This document shows, piece after piece, positions 17,713 through 28,718 of a stretch of DNA of 33,999 nt (its first letter is position 1; each line of letters begins with the position of its first letter). Position numbers and translations under genes: made by a program. The notes beneath the pieces are model-generated. The model saw only the letters and a program-made list of their open reading frames with translations. It searched no databases and was not told the origin of the DNA. Source of the stretch: an uncultured Pseudomonadota bacterium (GTDB lineage: Bacteria; Myxococcota_A; Polyangia; Fen-1088); assembly GCA_963847705.1 (NCBI GenBank), contig CAWKBC010000004.1, positions 1 to 33,999 of the forward strand. The letters run 5' to 3'.

Positions 17713-18227
17713 ACGACAACGAGCCGTCGCCGCCGCGTGTCGTGCCGCCATCGCATCGGCGCACCGTCGCACTCACCCATGTCGAGCTGACCTGGATCGA
17801 GAAGAAGATCGAGCACTGGCTGCGCTTCGGCCGCCGCGCCGAGGAGAAGATCCTCGATCGCCGCCGCAGCATCTCGAGCTTCAAGCCAGGCAGCATCTTC
17901 GCGTTCGTGCGCTGGGCGTCGAACGACTACGGCACCGTCATCTCGCGCATGGACATCGTGCGCGCGGTCGAGCCTGGCGCACGCTTCCAGACGCTGCCCT
18001 TCGTGCGCCCCGGCGGCGAGATCCTGCTGCGCGTCGATAGCTGGCCCAAGGTCGAGCGCGTGCTGCAGGCGATCGACGCCGTCGAGGCGCTCGACATCGA
18101 TCCCGCCGACGCCGCGCCGGAATACTGGCGCCACCTCCACAACCGTCTCGCCGCCGGCCATGAGCCGCGCCCCTACACGCGCGATCAGCACGCCGCCTGG
18201 CTCAAGCGCCGGAGCGTCACGCTATGA
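17709..18227 (+). CDS. DUF2840 family protein (172 aa)
   Basis: LTHVELTWIEKKIEHWLRFG, FAFVRWASNDYGT, PFVRPGGEILL, WRHLHNRL; position between the par genes and traF. Confidence 0.85.
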   Translation: MNDNEPSPPRVVPPSHRRTVALTHVELTWIEKKIEHWLRFGRRAEEKILDRRRSISSFKPGSIFAFVRWASNDYGTVISRMDIVRAVEPGARFQTLPFVRPGGEILLRVDSWPKVERVLQAIDAVEALDIDPADAAPEYWRHLHNRLAAGHEPRPYTRDQHAAWLKRRSVTL

Positions 18228-18770
18228 CCCGCTTCGGCTACGTCATGACGACGTATTTCGCCATGCTCGTCTTCATCGGCTTGGCTTTCGTCCATCCGGC
18301 GCCGCGCCTGATCTGGAACGCCACGGCGAGCACGCCGACCGGGCTCTATGCGCTCCGGCCGGCCGGACAGCTCCACGCGCTCGAACTGGTCGCTGTGCGC
18401 GCGCCCGAACCGATCGCCAGCTACCTGGCCGATGGCGGCTTCCTGCCCAAGGGCGTGCCGCTGCTGAAGCATGTGATGGCGCTGCCGGGGCAGACGGTGT
18501 GCCGCGCGGGCGACGCCATCACCGTCGATCACATCGCCGTCGGCGCGGCGCGTGAGCGCGATCACCTCGGCCGCCCGCTGCCGCGCTGGAGCGGCTGCCA
18601 CACGCTCGGCCCCAGCGAAGTCTTCCTCATGAACCCGACCGTCCCGGACAGCCTGGACGGACGCTATTTCGGCCCGCTTCCCACCACCGCGATCGTCGCC
18701 CGCGCGGTCCCGCTTGTGGACCGACGAGGCCGGTGACGGCCGCTTCGTGTGGCGCGCCGCCACCGATTGA
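18224..18770 (+). CDS. traF: S26-family pilin-maturation peptidase TraF (extra base at 18715/18716)
   Basis: IWNATASTPTGLY, PLLKHV, SLDGRYFGP; corrected frame ends PLWTDEAGDGRFVWRAATD*. Confidence 0.87.
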
Positions 18771-18805
18771 CCCGCTTCTCAACCCGCCAACAACGGAGGT
18801 TTCCC

Positions 18806-19141
18806 ATGGCGCAGATTGGTCAGTTCACCCGCGACAAGTCCGGCTTCACCGGGCGCATCCAGACGCTCTTCTTCACCCGAGACCTTTCCCTCGTTCCGGC
18901 CGAATCCTCCGATGCCGAGAATGCGCCGGACTATCGTGTCCACATGGGCGACGGCGACGGCCCGGAGATCGGCGCGGGCTGGAAGCGCACCGGCGAGAAG
19001 GCCGGCGAGTACGTCTCACTCGTCATCGACGATCCCGCACTCGCGCAGCCGATCCGCGCCAACCTCTTCCAGTCGGGCGACGACAAGTCCGCCTGGGTGC
19101 TGAACTGGAACCGCCCGCCGAAGCGCGGCGATCGGGGCTGA
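18806..19141 (+). CDS. Second DUF736 family protein (111 aa)
   Basis: GGAGG RBS; MAQIGQF, APDYRV, EIGAGW, YVSLVIDDP, PIRANL, LNWNR. Confidence 0.88.
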   Translation: MAQIGQFTRDKSGFTGRIQTLFFTRDLSLVPAESSDAENAPDYRVHMGDGDGPEIGAGWKRTGEKAGEYVSLVIDDPALAQPIRANLFQSGDDKSAWVLNWNRPPKRGDRG

Positions 19142-19145
19142 TCGC

Positions 19146-19865
19146 ATGCGGCGCGCGCTTCTTCTGCTCGCCAGCGTGACGGCGCTCGGCATGCCCGCCG
19201 TCGCCGTCCACGCCCAGGCGGCGCCCATCGCGGTGCAGGCTCGGCGAGCGATTCCTACGCCGCTCTCGATTGCCGAAGCCGCGCAACGCTTCGGCATTCC
19301 AGCGGCATGGATACGGGCGATCATGCGCATCGAGAGCCGTGGCGATCGGCGCGCCGTCTCGCCCAAGGGCGCGATGGGGTTGATGCAGCTCATGCCCGAG
19401 ACCTGGGCTGCGCTTCGCGCTCGCTACGGCCTCGGGCGCGACGCGTTCGATCCGCACGACAACATCCTGGCGGGCGCGGCTTTCCTGCGCGAGATGCACG
19501 ACCGCTACGGATCGCCGGGATTCCTCGCGGCGTACAATGCCGGGCCTGGGCGATACGAAGATTATCGCGACCGGCATCGTCCGCTGCCGCCGGAAACCGT
19601 CGCTTACGTTGCGGCGCTTGTCCCTTTTGTCGGGGACGGCGCGACCGATGGGCCTGTCCTCGTGGCGGCCTCCGATCCGTCGTCCTGGACACAGGCGCCG
19701 CTTTTCATCGTGCGATCGGCAAGCGCTGAACCTGTCGATCGCGCGGCAGCCAAACCGCCGTCGAACGACTCGCCGTCTGCCGTCGCGGTGCGCGATCTGT
19801 CGGCCATCGCGCCGCAATCCGATGGGCTGTTCGTCCACGTTTCCGCAGCGGGGCCGAAGCCGTGA
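19146..19865 (+). CDS. Lytic transglycosylase (SLT domain)
   Basis: IMRIESRG (catalytic Glu), GAMGLMQLMP, AAYNAGPG, ETVAYV; signal-peptide-like N-terminus; exact start uncertain. Confidence 0.88.
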   Translation: MRRALLLLASVTALGMPAVAVHAQAAPIAVQARRAIPTPLSIAEAAQRFGIPAAWIRAIMRIESRGDRRAVSPKGAMGLMQLMPETWAALRARYGLGRDAFDPHDNILAGAAFLREMHDRYGSPGFLAAYNAGPGRYEDYRDRHRPLPPETVAYVAALVPFVGDGATDGPVLVAASDPSSWTQAPLFIVRSASAEPVDRAAAKPPSNDSPSAVAVRDLSAIAPQSDGLFVHVSAAGPKP

Positions 19866-20048
19866 TCGCGCCGCTCTCCCGTCGATGTGCCGCTACATCG
19901 CCTCGGTCAGCTCGCGCTTTCCCTGTCGGCTCGGCGGCCTCCGACGTCCCTCAGGGCTGCATCGCTGCTCCGGCGCGCGATTTCGCAGGCAGGCGCGGCA
20001 CAGCGTGCTTCCGGGAAGAAGGAAGGGCAGGCAGGGGAGGAGTGCAGA

Positions 20049-20212
20049 AACCAACCGACCGAGGGCGAGATAAAAGGCCGCAAGGTGCGGCTCGGTCGGT
20101 CGGTTGTTTTTATTGGGATTTTTCGGCGATCCGGCAATGTGCGGCCCCGGCGCGCAATGTGCGCTGCGACCCACAACGCTTTGCCGGACCTGGCTTTTCC
20201 GCACATTGCCGG
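20049..20212 (-). other. Candidate oriT
   Basis: Intergenic, just upstream of the relaxase. Minus strand reads TTTTATCTCGCCC (20075-20063), resembling the IncP nic TATCCTG/CCC. Inverted repeats ACCGACCGAG 20054-20063/CTCGGTCGGT 20091-20100 and CCGGCAATGTGCGG 20131-20144/CCGCACATTGCCGG 20199-20212. Confidence 0.5.
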
Positions 20213-20220
20213 GGCCGGCG

Positions 20221-21966
20221 ATGGCTGAGGAGAACGACTTCCAGCCTCGGCCAGGCCGCATCCGCTCCTCGCGCAGCCAGCGGGCCAAGCCCTTCATCGC
20301 CCAGGCGCTCGCCGCCGCCCAGCGCGCCGGCGGCGGCGTCTCGCGCCAGGGCCTGCTCACGGAGCGGCAGCCGCTCGACCTTCGGCCGCGGCCGTGTCGC
20401 CAGCGTGCGGGCGAACCGTCTGCTGACCGGCCGCTCGCGCCTGGTGACGGTCAAGACCCGCGTCGTCCGCCACGCGGCCCGCTCGGCGCCGCTCGCCGCC
20501 CATCTCGGCTATCTCCGGCGCGAGGGCGTCACCCGGGACGGGGAGAAGGCGCGGCTGTTCGGCCCGGAGACCGAGGACGCCGATCCCAAGGCCTTCGCCG
20601 AGCGGTGCGAGGACGACCGCCATCATTTCCGCTTCATCGTCTCGCCCGAGGACGCGCCGGAGATGGCCGACCTCAAGGGCTTCGCCCGCGAGCTGGTCGG
20701 CCAGATGGAGAAGGATCTCGGCACCAAGCTCGATTGGGTCGCCGTCGATCACTGGAACACCGCAGCATCCGCACGTCCACATCATCGTGCGCGGCGTCGC
20801 CGACGACGGCCAGGACCTCGTCATCTCCCGCGACTACATCAAGGAGGGCATGCGCGCCCGCGCCCAGGACCTGGTCACGCAGGAACTGGGGCTGCGCAGC
20901 GATCTCGACATCCGCCGCGCGCTCGAGCGCCAGGTCGACGCCGAGCGCTGGACCCAGCTCGACCGGCAGCTCGCCCGCGACGCCGATCGGCACGGCGTCA
21001 TCGACCTCGCGCCGGATGCCGGACGGCAGCCCGATCCATTCCATGCGCTGAAGGTCGGTCGGCTGCGGCATCTGGAGAGCCTCGGCCTCGCCCATCAGCT
21101 CGGGCCGGGCCAATGGACGATGGACGAGGCCGCCGAGACGACGCTGCGCGAGCTCGGCGAGCGCGGCGACATCATCAAGCGCATCCACCGCAGCCTGACC
21201 GAACGCGGCATCGAGCGCGCCGCGGCGAGCTATGTGCTCGCCGGCGAGAGCCTCGACGTGCCCGATCATCGGCCGGCTGGTCGATCGCGGCCTCGACGAC
21301 GAGCTGAAGGGTACGGCCTATGCCGTGGTCGACGGCGTCGACGGCCGCACCCACCACATCAAGCTCCCCGATCTCGACGCCGCCGGCGACAGCGCGCCAG
21401 GCTCGATCGTCGAGCTGCGCAAGTTCGACGACGCGCAAGGCCGGCGGCGCGTCGCGCTCGCCGTGCGCTCCGACCTCGCCATCGAAGACCAGGTGACGGC
21501 GAGCGGCGCGACCTGGCTCGATCGCCAGGCGGTCGCGCGCGATCCGGTGGCGCTCGGCCAGGCCGGCTTCGGCGCCGAGGTCCGCGAGGCGATGGATCGC
21601 CGGGCGGACCAGCTCATCGAGCAGGGCCTCGCCGAGCGACAGGCGCGGGGCATCGTCTTCGCCTCACGGCCTGATCGGCACGCTTCGGCGCCGGGAGGTG
21701 GAGGCGCTGGGCGAGCGGCTCGCCGCCGAGACCGGCCAGCCGTTCAATCGGCGCTGCGGCCGGCGAGTATGTCGCCGGGACCTACCGGCAGCGCTTCGCG
21801 CTCGCCTCGGGCCGCTTCGCCATGATCGACGACGGTCTTGGCTTCCAGCTCGTGCCCTGGACGCCCTCCCTCGAAAAGCAGCTCGGCCGCCACGTCTCCG
21901 GCGTCGCCCGCGCGCGATGGCGGCATCGACTGGGGCTTCGGCCGCAACCGGGGGCTCGGCCTGTGA
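20221..21966 (+). CDS. rlxS: VirD2-like MOBP relaxase with DUF3363 C-terminus (several frameshifts)
   Basis: MAEENDFQPRPGRIR, HLGYLRREGV (catalytic Tyr region), HHFRFIVSPED, AVDHWNT..HPHVHIIVRG (HUH), GATWLDR, LVPWTPSLE, C-terminal WGFGRNRGLGL*. Confidence 0.88.
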
Positions 21967-22008
21967 GCGATCCCTCCAATCATCGACCTCAGGAAAGGAC
22001 GTCCTGCC

Positions 22009-24003
22009 ATGTCCGCGACCAAGATTCTCTGGGGCCAGGTCATCACCGTCTTCGCGATCGTCCTGCTGGCGATCTGGAGCGCGACGGAATGGACGGCCTG
22101 GCGGCTCGGCTTCCAGCCCGAGCTCGGCCACCCCTGGTTCGAGCTTCTGCATTTCCCGTTCTATCTGCCGCCGGCCTTCTTCTGGTGGTGGTACGCCTAC
22201 GACGCCTACGCGCCCGTCGATCTTCATCGAGGGCGCCTACATCGCCGCATCGGGCGGGATCATCGCCGCGGCCGTCGCGATCGGCATGTCGGTCTGGCGC
22301 GCCCGCGAGGCGAAGAACGCCGAGACCTACGGCTCGGCGCGCTGGGCGCAGCCGAAGGAGATCGAAGCGCGCCGGACTGCTCGGACCCGATGGCGTCGTG
22401 CTCGGCCGCTACCAGCGCAGCTATCTCCGCCACGATGGGCCGGAGCATGTGCTGTGCTTCGCGCCGACCCGATCGCGGCAAGGGCGTGGGCCTCGTCATC
22501 CCGTCGCTGCTTGACCTGGCCGGGCTCGGCGATCGTCCACGACATCAAGGGCGAGAACTGGCAGCTCACCGCCGGCTTCCGCGCCCAGCACGGCCGCGTG
22601 CTCCTGTTCGATCCGACCAACGCGAAGTCGTCGGCCTACAATCCGCTGCTCGAGGTCCGCCGCGGCGAGTGGGAGGTGCGCGACGTCCAGAACATCGCCG
22701 ACATCCTGGTCGATCCCGAAGGCAGCCTCGAAAAGCGGAACCACTGGGAGAAGACCAGCCACGCGCTGCTGGTCGGCGCCATCCTGCACGTCCTCTATGC
22801 CGAGGAGGACAAGACGCTCGCCGGCGTCGCGTCCTTCCTGTCCGATCCGAAGCGGCCGATCGAGTCGACGCTCGTCGGCGATGATGACGACGCCGCATCT
22901 CGGCGAGGCCGGCGTCCATCCCGTCGTCGCCTCCGCCGCGCGCGAGCTGCTGAACAAATCCGACAACGAGCGCTCCGGCGTGCTCTGAGCACCGCCATGT
23001 CGTTCCTCGGCCTCTATCGCGATCCCGTGGTGGCCGAGGTGACGCGGCGCTGCGACTGGCGGATCGGCGACATCGTCGGCCGGCGATCGGCCGACGACGC
23101 TCTACCTCGTGGTGCCGCCCTCGGACATCAACCGCACCAAGCCGCTGATCCGCCTGATCCTCAACCAGATCGGCCGGCGGCTGACCGAGGACCTGCAGGC
23201 CAAGGCCGGGCGGCGCCGGCTTCTCCTGATGCTCGACGAGTTCCCGGCGCTCGGGCGGCTCGACTTCTTCGAGTCCGCGCTCGCCTTCATGGCGGGCTAC
23301 GGCATCAAGAGCTTCCTGATCGCCCAGTCGCTGAACCAGATCGAGAAGGCCTACGGGCCGAACAACTCGATCCTCGACAACTGCCATGTGCGGGTCAGCT
23401 TCGCGACCAACGACGAGCGGACCGCCAAGCGCGGTCAGCGACGCGCTCGGCACCGCGACCGAGATGAAGGCGATGAAGAACTATGCCGGCAGCCGGCTGT
23501 CGCCCTGGCTCGGCCATCTGATGGTCTCCCGCTCGGAGACGGCGCGCCCGCTGCTGACGCCGGGCGAGGTCATGCAGCTCCCGCCCACCGACGAGATCGT
23601 CATGGTGTCGGGCGTCCATCCGATCCGCGCGAAGAAGGCGCGCTACTACGAGGACGCGCGCTTCCAGGAGCGCATCCTGCCGCCGCCCGCGCTGGCGCAG
23701 CCGAAAGAGGGCCGTCCCGACGACTGGAGTTCGCGGCCATTGCCGCCGCGCCCGCCGGCGCCGAGCGGCGCGTGACGGCGAGGAGGCCGACGACGAAGAT
23801 CCGAAGAACGCGGACCGCCGTCGAGCAGCCCGAACTGAACCAGGAGACGGTCGAGAAGAAGCAGCCGATCGACAACGAATTCGCGCTCGATCCGACCGAC
23901 GAGCTGGAGGAGGACGCGCCCCGCGATAGGCCGGATGAACGACCTCATGCAGGGCTTGGCGCGGCAGGCCTCGCTCGATCCCGGCGACGACCTGGGACTG
24001 TGA
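22009..24003 (+). CDS. traG: Type IV coupling protein TraG/VirD4 (several frameshifts)
   Basis: MSATKILWGQ, TYGSARWA, APTRSGKGVGLVIP (Walker A, split by an insertion), HDIKGENW, LLMLDEFPALG, AQSLNQIEKAYG; ends LDPGDDLGL*. Confidence 0.92.
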
Positions 24004-24010
24004 GGCGCGC

Positions 24011-24563
24011 ATGCCGGCGCCGAAGAAGAAGGCCCAGATCTCCGTCTATCTCGATCCGGACGTGATGCAGGTCCCTGTCGGCCTACGCGGCGCGGCGGGA
24101 GCAGTCGATGTCGCTGATCGCCGAGGCCGCCATCGCCTCGTTCCTGTCGCCGGATGCCGACGAGCGGCGCGAGGCGGCGATCGCCAAACGGCTCGACCAG
24201 CAGGACCGGCGCCTGGCGCGGCTCGAGCGCGATGTCGGCATCGGCGTCGAGACGCTGGCGCTGTTCATCCGCTTCTGGCTCACCACCACACCGCCGCTGC
24301 CTGAACCGGCCGCCAAGGCGGCGCGGGCGCAGGCCGGAGCTCGCTACGACAACTTCGTCGCCGCGCTTGGCCGGCGCCTCAGCCAGGGGCCAAAGCTGCG
24401 GCAGGAGATCCCCGACGATGTCGCGGGAAGACCCGACTCGATCGGCGGACACCGACTAGACGCGATCCCGAATAACCGGAGCATCACCGAAGCCGTCGAA
24501 ACCGAGCTCCGCACCCAGCAAGTATTTTTTCTCTGCTCTACGCCAGGCCCCTACGCCATCTGA
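24011..24563 (+). CDS. CopG/RHH-family regulator of the trb region (frameshift near 24070; true stop may be 24459)
   Basis: KAQISVYLDPDVM, then SMSLIAEAAIASFLSPD...ETLALFIRFWLTTTPPLP; usual position between traG and trbB. Confidence 0.75.
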
Positions 24564-24601
24564 ATACTTGTTGAATCGCCCTATTTCTTGCCTCTTCTAA
24601 T
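24538..24601 (+). promoter_or_regulatory. Candidate trb-operon promoter with CTACGCCA direct repeats
   Basis: CTACGCCA at 24538-24545 and 24551-24558; AT-rich stretch with TTGAAT 24571-24576 and TCTAAT 24596-24601 (19-nt spacer). Confidence 0.4.
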
Positions 24602-24636
24602 CGTCCCCGTCGCCAGTCGCGTGTCGCGATTGGCCA

Positions 24637-25650
24637 ATGACGGGGACGATCGTGGCGGTCACTCCACTTCATTCCGAGGCCTTCTCCCGCGGTGCGCGCA
24701 TGCTGCGCACCGCGCTCGGTCCCGCCATCGCCGCCTTCCTCGAAGACCCGTCGATCGTCGAGGTGATGCTCAACCCCGACGGCCGGCTCTGGATCGACCG
24801 GCTGTCGGGCGGCCTGGAGGATACCGGCCGGACGCTGTCCGCCGCCGATGGCGAGCGGATCGTGCGCCTGGTCGCGCACCATGTCGGCGCCGAGGTCCAT
24901 GCCGAGCGCCCGCGTGTCTCGGCCGAGCTGCCCGAGACGGGAGAGCGGTTCGAGGGGCTGCTGCCGCCGGTCGTGGCCGCGCCGGCCTTCGCGATCCGCA
25001 AGCCCGCCGTCGCCGTCTTCACCCTCGACGACTACGTCGCCGCCGGCATCATGACCGCCGGCCAGGCCGCGGTGCTCCGCGCCGCCGTCGCCGACCGCAA
25101 GAACATCCTCGTCGCCGGCGGCACCTCGACCGGCAAGACCACGCTCACCAACGCGCTCCTGGCCGAGATCGCCGGCACCACCGACCGCGTGGTGCTGATC
25201 GAGGACACCCGCGAGCTGCAATGCCGCGCGCCCAACCTCGTGGCGCTGCGCACCAAGGACGGCGTCGCCTCGCTCTCCGATCTCGTCCGCTCCTCGCTGC
25301 GCCTGCGCCCCGACCGCATCCCGATCGGCGAGGTGCGCGGCGCCGAGGCGCTCGACCTCCTGAAGGCCTGGGGCACCGGCCATCCCGGCGGCATCGGCAC
25401 CATCCACGCCGGCACCGCGCTCGGCGCGCTGCGCCGCCTCGAGCAGCTCATCCAGGAAGCCGTCGTCACCGTCCCCCGCGCGCTGATCGCCGAGACCATC
25501 GATCTCGTCGCGGTGCTGCGCGGCCGCGGCAGCGAACGCCGCCTCTCCGAACTCGCCCTCGTCGCCGGCCTCGATCCCGCCACCGGCGACTACCGCGTCC
25601 AGTCCGCCGGGGCGGGCGGCGACCCCTTGCCCCTCGGAGACCCATCATGA
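24637..25650 (+). CDS. trbB: P-type conjugative transfer ATPase TrbB (VirB11)
   Basis: [48 protein letters not shown]; start may be the GTG at 24652. Confidence 0.95.
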   Translation: MTGTIVAVTPLHSEAFSRGARMLRTALGPAIAAFLEDPSIVEVMLNPDGRLWIDRLSGGLEDTGRTLSAADGERIVRLVAHHVGAEVHAERPRVSAELPETGERFEGLLPPVVAAPAFAIRKPAVAVFTLDDYVAAGIMTAGQAAVLRAAVADRKNILVAGGTSTGKTTLTNALLAEIAGTTDRVVLIEDTRELQCRAPNLVALRTKDGVASLSDLVRSSLRLRPDRIPIGEVRGAEALDLLKAWGTGHPGGIGTIHAGTALGALRRLEQLIQEAVVTVPRALIAETIDLVAVLRGRGSERRLSELALVAGLDPATGDYRVQSAGAGGDPLPLGDPS

Positions 25651-25990
25651 TCCGCGTTCTCGCCGTCGCTCGTCCTTCGCGTCGCCGCCTGGCCGAGCTC
25701 GTCACGCTCGCCACCCTGACGCTGGCCTTCGCCCCGGCGGCCTACGCCTCCGGCTCCTCCATGCCGTGGGAGACGCCGCTCAACTCGATCCTGGAGTCGG
25801 TCCAAGGGCCCGTCGCCAAGATCATCTCGGTGATCATCATCACCGTGACCGGCCTGACGCTCGCCTTCGGCGACACCTCGCGGCGGCTTCCGCCGGCTGA
25901 TCCAGATCGTGTTCGGCCTGTCGATCGCCTTCGCCGCGTCGAGCTTCTTCCTGTCCTTCTTCTCGCTTCTCCGGCGGGGCGCTGGTCTGA
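25647..25990 (+). CDS. trbC: TrbC/VirB2 pilin (frameshifted)
   Basis: Signal peptide, ASGSSMPWETPLNSILESVQGPVAK, then GGFRRLIQIVFGLSIAFAASSFFLSFF; TGATG overlap with trbD. Confidence 0.88.
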
Positions 25991-26265
25991 TGGCCGCGAT
26001 CGTCGATCCCGACGTGCCCGGCTTCTTCGCGCCGGTCCATCGCGCGCTGACCGACCCGATCCTGCTGGGCGGCGCGCCGCGCACCGTCGCGATCGCCAAC
26101 GGCACGCTCGCGGCGGCGATCGCGCTCGGCCTGCGGCTCTGGATTCCCGGCGCGCTGATCTGGGCGGTCGGCCACGCCGCCGCCGTCTGGGCGGCGAAGC
26201 GCGATCCGCAGTTCGTCGACGTGGTGCGCCGGCACCTGCGCTACCCGCCCATCTCGGCGTCGTGA
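25990..26265 (+). CDS. trbD: TrbD/VirB3
   Basis: PGFFAPVHRALTDPILLGGAPR...WAAKRDPQFVDVVRRHL. Confidence 0.88.
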   Translation: MAAIVDPDVPGFFAPVHRALTDPILLGGAPRTVAIANGTLAAAIALGLRLWIPGALIWAVGHAAAVWAAKRDPQFVDVVRRHLRYPPISAS

Positions 26266-26272
26266 GGCTGCC

Positions 26273-28718
26273 ATGCTGAACCTCGCCGAATATCGCAGCC
26301 GTCCCGCCGGCCTCGCCGACTTCCTGCCCTGGGCGGCGCTGGTCGACGAGGGCGTCGTCCTCAACAAGGACGGCTCCTTCCAGCGCACGGCGCGCTTTCG
26401 CGGGCCGGACCTCGATAGCGCCACGCCGGCCGAGCTGGTCGGCGTCGACCGCGCGGCTCAACAACGCGCTGCGCCGGCTCGGCTCCGGCTGGGCGATCTT
26501 CGTCGAGGCGCAGCGGATCGCCGCCCAGACCTATCCGCACAGCAGCTTTCCCGATCCGGCGTCGGCGCTGGTCGATCTCGAGCGCCAGGACGCCTTCGAG
26601 GAGGCCGGCGCGCATTTCGAGAGCCGCTATTTCCTGACCTTCGTCTGGCTGCCGCCGGCCGAGGACGCCTCGCGCGTCGAGGGCTGGCTCTACGAGGGCC
26701 GCGCGCAGACCGGCGTCGATCCGTGGGAGCTGCTGCGCGGCTTCGTCGATCGCACCGACCGCGTGCTGCAACTGGTCGAGGGCTTCATGCCCGAGGTCGG
26801 CCTGGCTCGATGACGGCGAGACGCTGACCTACCTGCACTCGACCATCTCGACCCGGCAGCAGCGCGTCCGCGTGCCCGAGACGCCGATGCACCTCGATGC
26901 GCTGCTGGCCGACGAGCCGCTGGCCGGCGGCCTCGAGCCGCGGCTCGGCGCCGCATCATCTGCGCACGCTCACCGTGGTCGGATTCCCGACCGCGACCCA
27001 TCCCGGCATCCTCGACGAGCTGAACCGGCTCGCCTTCCCCTATCGCTGGTCGACCCGCGCGATCCTGCTCGACAAGACCGAAGCGGTGAAGCTGCTGACC
27101 AAGATCCGGCGGCAGTGGTTCGCCAAGCGCAAGTCGATCGCCGCCATCGTCAAGGAGGTGATGACCAACGAGGCGTCGACGCTGGTCGACTACCGACGCC
27201 GCCAACAAGGCGGCCGACGCGGACCTGGCGCTGCAGGAGCTGGGCTCCGACGATGTCGGCCAGGCCTATGTCACCGCCACCGTCACGGTCTGGGACGAGG
27301 ACGCCGGCCTCGCCGCCGAGAAGCTGCGCCTGGTCGAGAAGGTGATCCAGGGCCGCGACTTCACCTGCATGCCGGAAGGCGTGAACGCGCTCGAGGCCTG
27401 GCTCGGCTCCCTGCCCGGCCACGCCTACGCCAATGTCCGCCAGCCGCCGGTCTCGACGCTGAACCTCGCCCACATGATCCCGCTCTCGGCGGTCTGGGCC
27501 GGGCCGGCGCGCGACGAGCATTTCCAGGCGCCGCCGCTGCTTCTTCGGCAAGACCGAAGGCTCGACGCCGTTCCGGCTTCAGCCTCCATGTCGGCGACGT
27601 CGGCCACACGCTGATCGTCGGCCCGACCGGCGCCGGCAAGTCGGTGCTGCTGGCGCTGATGGCGATGCAGTTCCGCCGCTACCGCAACAACCAGATCTTC
27701 GCCTTCGATTTCGGCGGCTCGATCCGCACCGCGGCGCTCGCCATGGGCGGCGACTGGCACGATCTCGGCGGCAGCCTGTCGGCCGGATCGGAGCATTCGC
27801 GTCTCGCTGCAGCCGCTGGCGCGCATCGACGATCCGGCCGAGCGCGCCTGGGCGGCGGAATGGGTGGCGGCGATCCTCGCCAAGGAAGGCGTCACCATCG
27901 ATCCGACCGCCAAGGAGCATGTCTGGTCGGCGCTGACCTCGCTGGCGTCGTCGCCGGTGCAGGAGCGCACGATCACCGGCCTCGCGGTCCTGCTGCAATC
28001 GACCGCGCTGAAGCAGGCGCTGCAACCCTATTGCGTCGGCGGCGCCTTCGGCCGGCTGCTCGACGCCGAGACCGAGCAGCTCGGCTCCGCACCGGTCCAG
28101 GCCTTCGAGACCGAGGGCCTGATCGGCGCCGGCGCGGCGCCCGCCGTGCTGACCTATCTGTTCCATCGCATCGAGGGCCGCCTCGACGGCCGGCCGACGC
28201 TGCTGATCATCGACGAGGGCTGGCTGGTCCTCGACGATCCGGCCTTCGCGCAGCAGCTCCGCGAATGGCTGAAGACGCTGCGCAAGAAGAACGCCTCCGT
28301 CGTCTTCGCCACGCAATCGCTCTCCGACATCGACGGCAGCAACATCGCGCCCGCCATCGTCGAGAGCTGCCCGACGCGCATCTTCCTGCCGAACGAGCGC
28401 GCGATCGAGCCGCAGATCACCGCGATCTATCGCCGCTTCGGCCTGAACGATCGCCAGATCGAGATCCTCGCCCGCGCCACGCCGAAGCGCGACTACTACT
28501 GCCAGTCGCGGCGCGGCAATCGCCTGTTCGAGCTGGGCCTCGGCCCTGTCGCGCTCGCCTTCTGCGCCGCTTCCTCCAAGGCCGACCACGCCGCGATCGA
28601 GCGCGTCCTCGCCGAGCACGGCCGCGATGCTTTCACGCCCGCCTGGCTCGCGGACCACGAGCTCCTCTGGGCCGCCGATCTCATCCCCGACCTGACCAAC
28701 CTGGAGACGTCATCATGA
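26273..28718 (+). CDS. trbE: TrbE/VirB4 ATPase (several frameshifts)
   Basis: MLNLAEYR, LNKDGSFQRT, GHTLIVGPTGAGKS, LLIIDEGW, REWLKTLRKKNASVVFATQS. Confidence 0.93.
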
